Positions 61,357 through 64,000 of a stretch of DNA of 64,000 nucleotides are shown in pieces (within the stretch, counting starts at the first letter, position 1; each line of letters opens with the position of its first letter). The stretch covers positions 675-64,674 of the forward strand of contig DRLM01000017.1 in assembly GCA_011375345.1 (NCBI GenBank), in the 5' to 3' direction. The translations under genes and the position numbers were made by a program. The stretch comes from Gammaproteobacteria bacterium (GTDB taxonomy: Bacteria; Pseudomonadota; Gammaproteobacteria; DRLM01). Under the pieces are notes generated by a model, which was given only the letters and a program-made list of their open reading frames with translations, did no database searches and was not told the DNA's origin.

Positions 61357-64000
61357 ATGATCAAGCTCCATAACAACAAGCGCTGGTGCGCCGCCGTACT
61401 GTGCATTGCCAGTGCATTGCCGGCAGCGGCTGCCAAAGCGCCTCCCGCGGCGTCTTCCCTGGCGGATCTCAAGCGCCGGGAGGCGGCTTTCGATCTCTAC
61501 CGTCAGCATTACCTCAGCGCCATCTCACGGCTGTCCACGCAGGCGGCCGATGACCCCTGGGTCGCCCTCAACCTCGCCACCTTGTACGAAGCCTGGGGCT
61601 TGCCGCAGGCTGCCGTGGAACAACTGGAACGGGCCGCCCGCCAGGGCGAGCGCATCCCCGCCCGCAGCTGGTTGAGCCTGGCCTGGAACCGTTACTTCGA
61701 ACGCGATCTGGGCGCCGCCCGAGGGGCGCTGCACCATTTGAAAGATCTGCCCCGGGGCAATGACCGGGCCGAGCGGGATTTCTTGCGCGGCCTGCTCATG
61801 CTGGGCAGCGGCCGCTACGGGGACGCCGCCAAGGCTTTCCAGGCGGTGGGCGGGCAAGGTGCCTGGAGCGAACTGGCCCGTTACAACCTGGCGCTGGCCC
61901 GGCTCGGTGCCGGGCGGCAGGAACAGGGGCTGACGCTGCTTGAAAGCCTGGCGCCCGGCGCGAGCTCCGCCCTGGCGGATTACCACGGTCCCTTGAATGC
62001 CGCCCTGGGGTATCGCCTGCTGCGCGCCGGGCAGCCGGACAGCGCCGCATCGTGGCTGGCGCAGGTGGGCAGGGGCGAAACCCGCTATCGCGCGGCCCAG
62101 CTGGCCCTGGGATGGACTGCCTTCCGGCAGCGGGATTATGACGCCGCCCTCAAGCACTGGGACAGCCTGACGACGGGCAACGCCTTCGATGCCGTCACCC
62201 ACGAAGCCCTGCTGGGCAGCGCCCGGGCCCGCTATGAATCCGGCGCCTTTGACCAGGCCGTGAGCCAGTACCGGCGTGCTCTCGACAGTCTGGCCGCCAC
62301 CGACAAGACCCTGTTGGAGCTGGGCACCGACGCCGCCCTGGCCGATTACATCCAGGCCCTGCTGGCCGCCAACCCCGGTGCCGAAGAAGCGGGCCGCTAT
62401 TGGAAGGTGGAGAGACTGCCCCCGGGGCCGCCGAGCATTCTGGCCGTCAACACGCTGCTGGATCCGGTGTTCCAGGCCGCCCTGGGCAGTTACCGGGACA
62501 CACAGTACTTGATCCGGTCCCTGGAAACCTGGGGCGGCGATCTGGTGGCCTACCGCGATCTGGCGGAAGCGCGCCAGGCCGACTACTGGGACCGGGCCCC
62601 CCGCGCCATGGCCCGCGCCCGCACCCTGGATGAGGCAGGTTTCGCCCAGACGGTTAAACGGTACAAAAGAGCGCTGGCGCGGGCCCAGGCCAGCGAAGAC
62701 GTCGCCGCGCTGGCCACCAGCGAACAGATGCAGACCATGAGCCTGCTGGAGCGGGTGGAAATCCGCCTGGCGCGCCTCAAGGGCTACATCGTTGATCATG
62801 AGGAACTGGCCCAAAAATACGAATTCCTGCGCGGTCGGTTCATCTGGCAGCTACACCAGCAATTCCCCGAGCGCGTGGCCCAGACCCGGGCGGCTATCGA
62901 AGAGCTTGAAAAAGCCCTGGCGGAAGCCGGCCGCAACCAGGCCCGCTTGCAACGCAGCGCCCAGGCCGCAACCCGCGGCTTCAAGGGCTTCGACAAAAAC
63001 TTCTCCCGCTTAAAGGCGCGTCAGGATGCATTGCTTGAGCGCGCCCGGGACCTGGCGGAGGAACAACTGGACTATCTGGTCACACGCCTGCGGCAGACCC
63101 TGAACAAGCAAAGGGAGCGGACCCGGCAACGGCTGGCCCAGGCCCAGCTCGGCCTGGCGCAATCTCTGGACCGCCAGGCCCAAAACGCCGGGGACAAGGC
63201 GGACTACAATCCAGCCATCGCCGCTTACGAGGCTTTTCTGGCCTACCCCGGCGACAGCACCCTGAAGAACGCCACGCGGCGGCGCATCGCCGATCTGGCC
63301 ATGATCCGCGCCGAATTCCGCTTCAACCGCTTTCTGGACAAATCCTCGCCCAACACCACGGCGGCCTTTGTCATATACGAACCGGTCACCGCCAAATACG
63401 AGCGACTGCTGCAGACGCTGCCGGACAGCCCCGGCAACGACCGGGTGCTGTACCAGTTGGCCAAAGCGCACGACCGCGGAGGCGAGCTGGAAAAATCCCT
63501 GGCCGCCCTGACCCGCCTGACCCGCGATTATCCCGACAGCGGCTACCACGACGAAGCACAGTTCCGCCGGGGTGAACTGCTGTTCACTTTCAACCTGCCC
63601 AAACAGGCGGCGGAAGCCTACGGCGCGGTGGTGGTGCGCGGCCCTGAATCAGCTTATTACGAGAAATCCCTCTACAAACACGGCTGGGCGCTGTACAAGG
63701 CCAATCACCTGGAAGCCGCCTTGCAATCCTTCATGGTGATGCTGGACGCCAAGCTGGGCGAGGGACAGGAAGCGCTGGACGAAGGCGACCGGGAACTCGT
63801 CTCCGACGTGCTGCGCGTAAGCAGCCTGAGCCTGGCCCAGCTCGGTGGCGTCAGTGTCCTGGAGCGCCTTTTTGAAAAACTGGGACCACGTCCGTACGAA
63901 CACCGGTTGTACACTGATCTGGCGGCGCTGTATCTCAAACAGGAGCGCATCGAAGACGCCGCCGAGACCTATCGCGCCTTTGTGGAGCGCCATCCCAACC
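61357..64000 (+). CDS. Large secreted TPR-repeat/coiled-coil protein, 3'-truncated by the window edge
   Basis: ATG 61357 gives MIKLHNNKRWCAAVLCIASALPAAAA (signal peptide). Frame 1 stays open to position 64000. TPR-like AxxxY/LG repeats (ALNLATLYEAWG; AELYLKQERIEDAAETYRAFVERHP; LYKHGWALYKANHLEAALQSF) flank a central Q/R/A-rich coiled coil. Not in the ORF track because it has no in-window stop. Confidence 0.7.
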   Translation, partial: MIKLHNNKRWCAAVLCIASALPAAAAKAPPAASSLADLKRREAAFDLYRQHYLSAISRLSTQAADDPWVALNLATLYEAWGLPQAAVEQLERAARQGERIPARSWLSLAWNRYFERDLGAARGALHHLKDLPRGNDRAERDFLRGLLMLGSGRYGDAAKAFQAVGGQGAWSELARYNLALARLGAGRQEQGLTLLESLAPGASSALADYHGPLNAALGYRLLRAGQPDSAASWLAQVGRGETRYRAAQLALGWTAFRQRDYDAALKHWDSLTTGNAFDAVTHEALLGSARARYESGAFDQAVSQYRRALDSLAATDKTLLELGTDAALADYIQALLAANPGAEEAGRYWKVERLPPGPPSILAVNTLLDPVFQAALGSYRDTQYLIRSLETWGGDLVAYRDLAEARQADYWDRAPRAMARARTLDEAGFAQTVKRYKRALARAQASEDVAALATSEQMQTMSLLERVEIRLARLKGYIVDHEELAQKYEFLRGRFIWQLHQQFPERVAQTRAAIEELEKALAEAGRNQARLQRSAQAATRGFKGFDKNFSRLKARQDALLERARDLAEEQLDYLVTRLRQTLNKQRERTRQRLAQAQLGLAQSLDRQAQNAGDKADYNPAIAAYEAFLAYPGDSTLKNATRRRIADLAMIRAEFRFNRFLDKSSPNTTAAFVIYEPVTAKYERLLQTLPDSPGNDRVLYQLAKAHDRGGELEKSLAALTRLTRDYPDSGYHDEAQFRRGELLFTFNLPKQAAEAYGAVVVRGPESAYYEKSLYKHGWALYKANHLEAALQSFMVMLDAKLGEGQEALDEGDRELVSDVLRVSSLSLAQLGGVSVLERLFEKLGPRPYEHRLYTDLAALYLKQERIEDAAETYRAFVERHPN

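Noticed and set aside
61525-62814. 429-aa minus-strand ORF antisense to the TPR gene
   Set aside because: Antisense artefact. The plus-strand frame 1 is open from ATG 61357 to the window end and carries a signal peptide and TPR repeats.
1-64000. Searched for tRNA/rRNA genes, IS elements, integrases, transposases and CRISPR arrays
   Set aside because: No cloverleaf-compatible tRNA sequences (for example GTTCGAATC-type T-arms), rRNA-like regions, transposase or integrase ORFs, or spacer-repeat arrays were recognisable. The absence of tRNAs is by-eye only, and a tRNAscan run would be decisive.

Overview
This is a roughly 64 kb, high-GC (about 65% by eye) proteobacterial chromosome segment. Gene content and synteny look gammaproteobacterial: spoT-rpoZ-gmk-yicC, rph, def|lysM-dprA-smg-topA, a suf operon and rep/speA. 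Phosphoribulokinase plus an assimilatory-type sulfite reductase suggest an autotrophic sulfur bacterium (inference only). All long ORFs antisense to these genes are treated as high-GC artefacts. Housekeeping blocks occupy 1-10.3 kb and 29.7-64 kb. Between them (10.3-29.7 kb) lies an accessory block with no mobility genes, encoding only exported, lipo- or surface proteins. These are two paralogous DUF4382-like lipoproteins flanking a two-gene operon of FGE/SUMF1-family proteins, one of which carries two CxxCH haem motifs and the FGE catalytic Cys pair. There is also a lipoprotein plus Zn-ribbon/TM/LytR_C-like operon, a secreted Gly/Thr-rich protein, and a 2981-aa giant surface protein. The giant protein has two FG-GAP (integrin-alpha-like) propellers, an LVIVD propeller, many Calx-beta/Ig-like repeats, TSP3 calcium-binding repeats, a (GGCACCGGG)x5 linker and a C-terminal GlyGly-CTERM/PEP-CTERM-like hydrophobic anchor. 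It is translationally coupled to a small secreted protein. Other notable points follow. A sulfite/nitrite reductase haemoprotein is fused to a C-terminal TusA-like (CPxP) domain, divergent from a CysB-like regulator. A repeat family of about 130-210 bp has three copies (10.8 kb, 57.1 kb and 59.1 kb) that place bidirectional terminator hairpins, and even the TAA stop codons, at gene 3' ends. A candidate terminator-ended sRNA lies between rph and engB. An overlapping RHH + coiled-coil small-gene pair sits next to yicC. A G9 tract lies inside a lipoprotein CDS. No rRNA, tRNA, CRISPR, IS elements or integrases were recognised.
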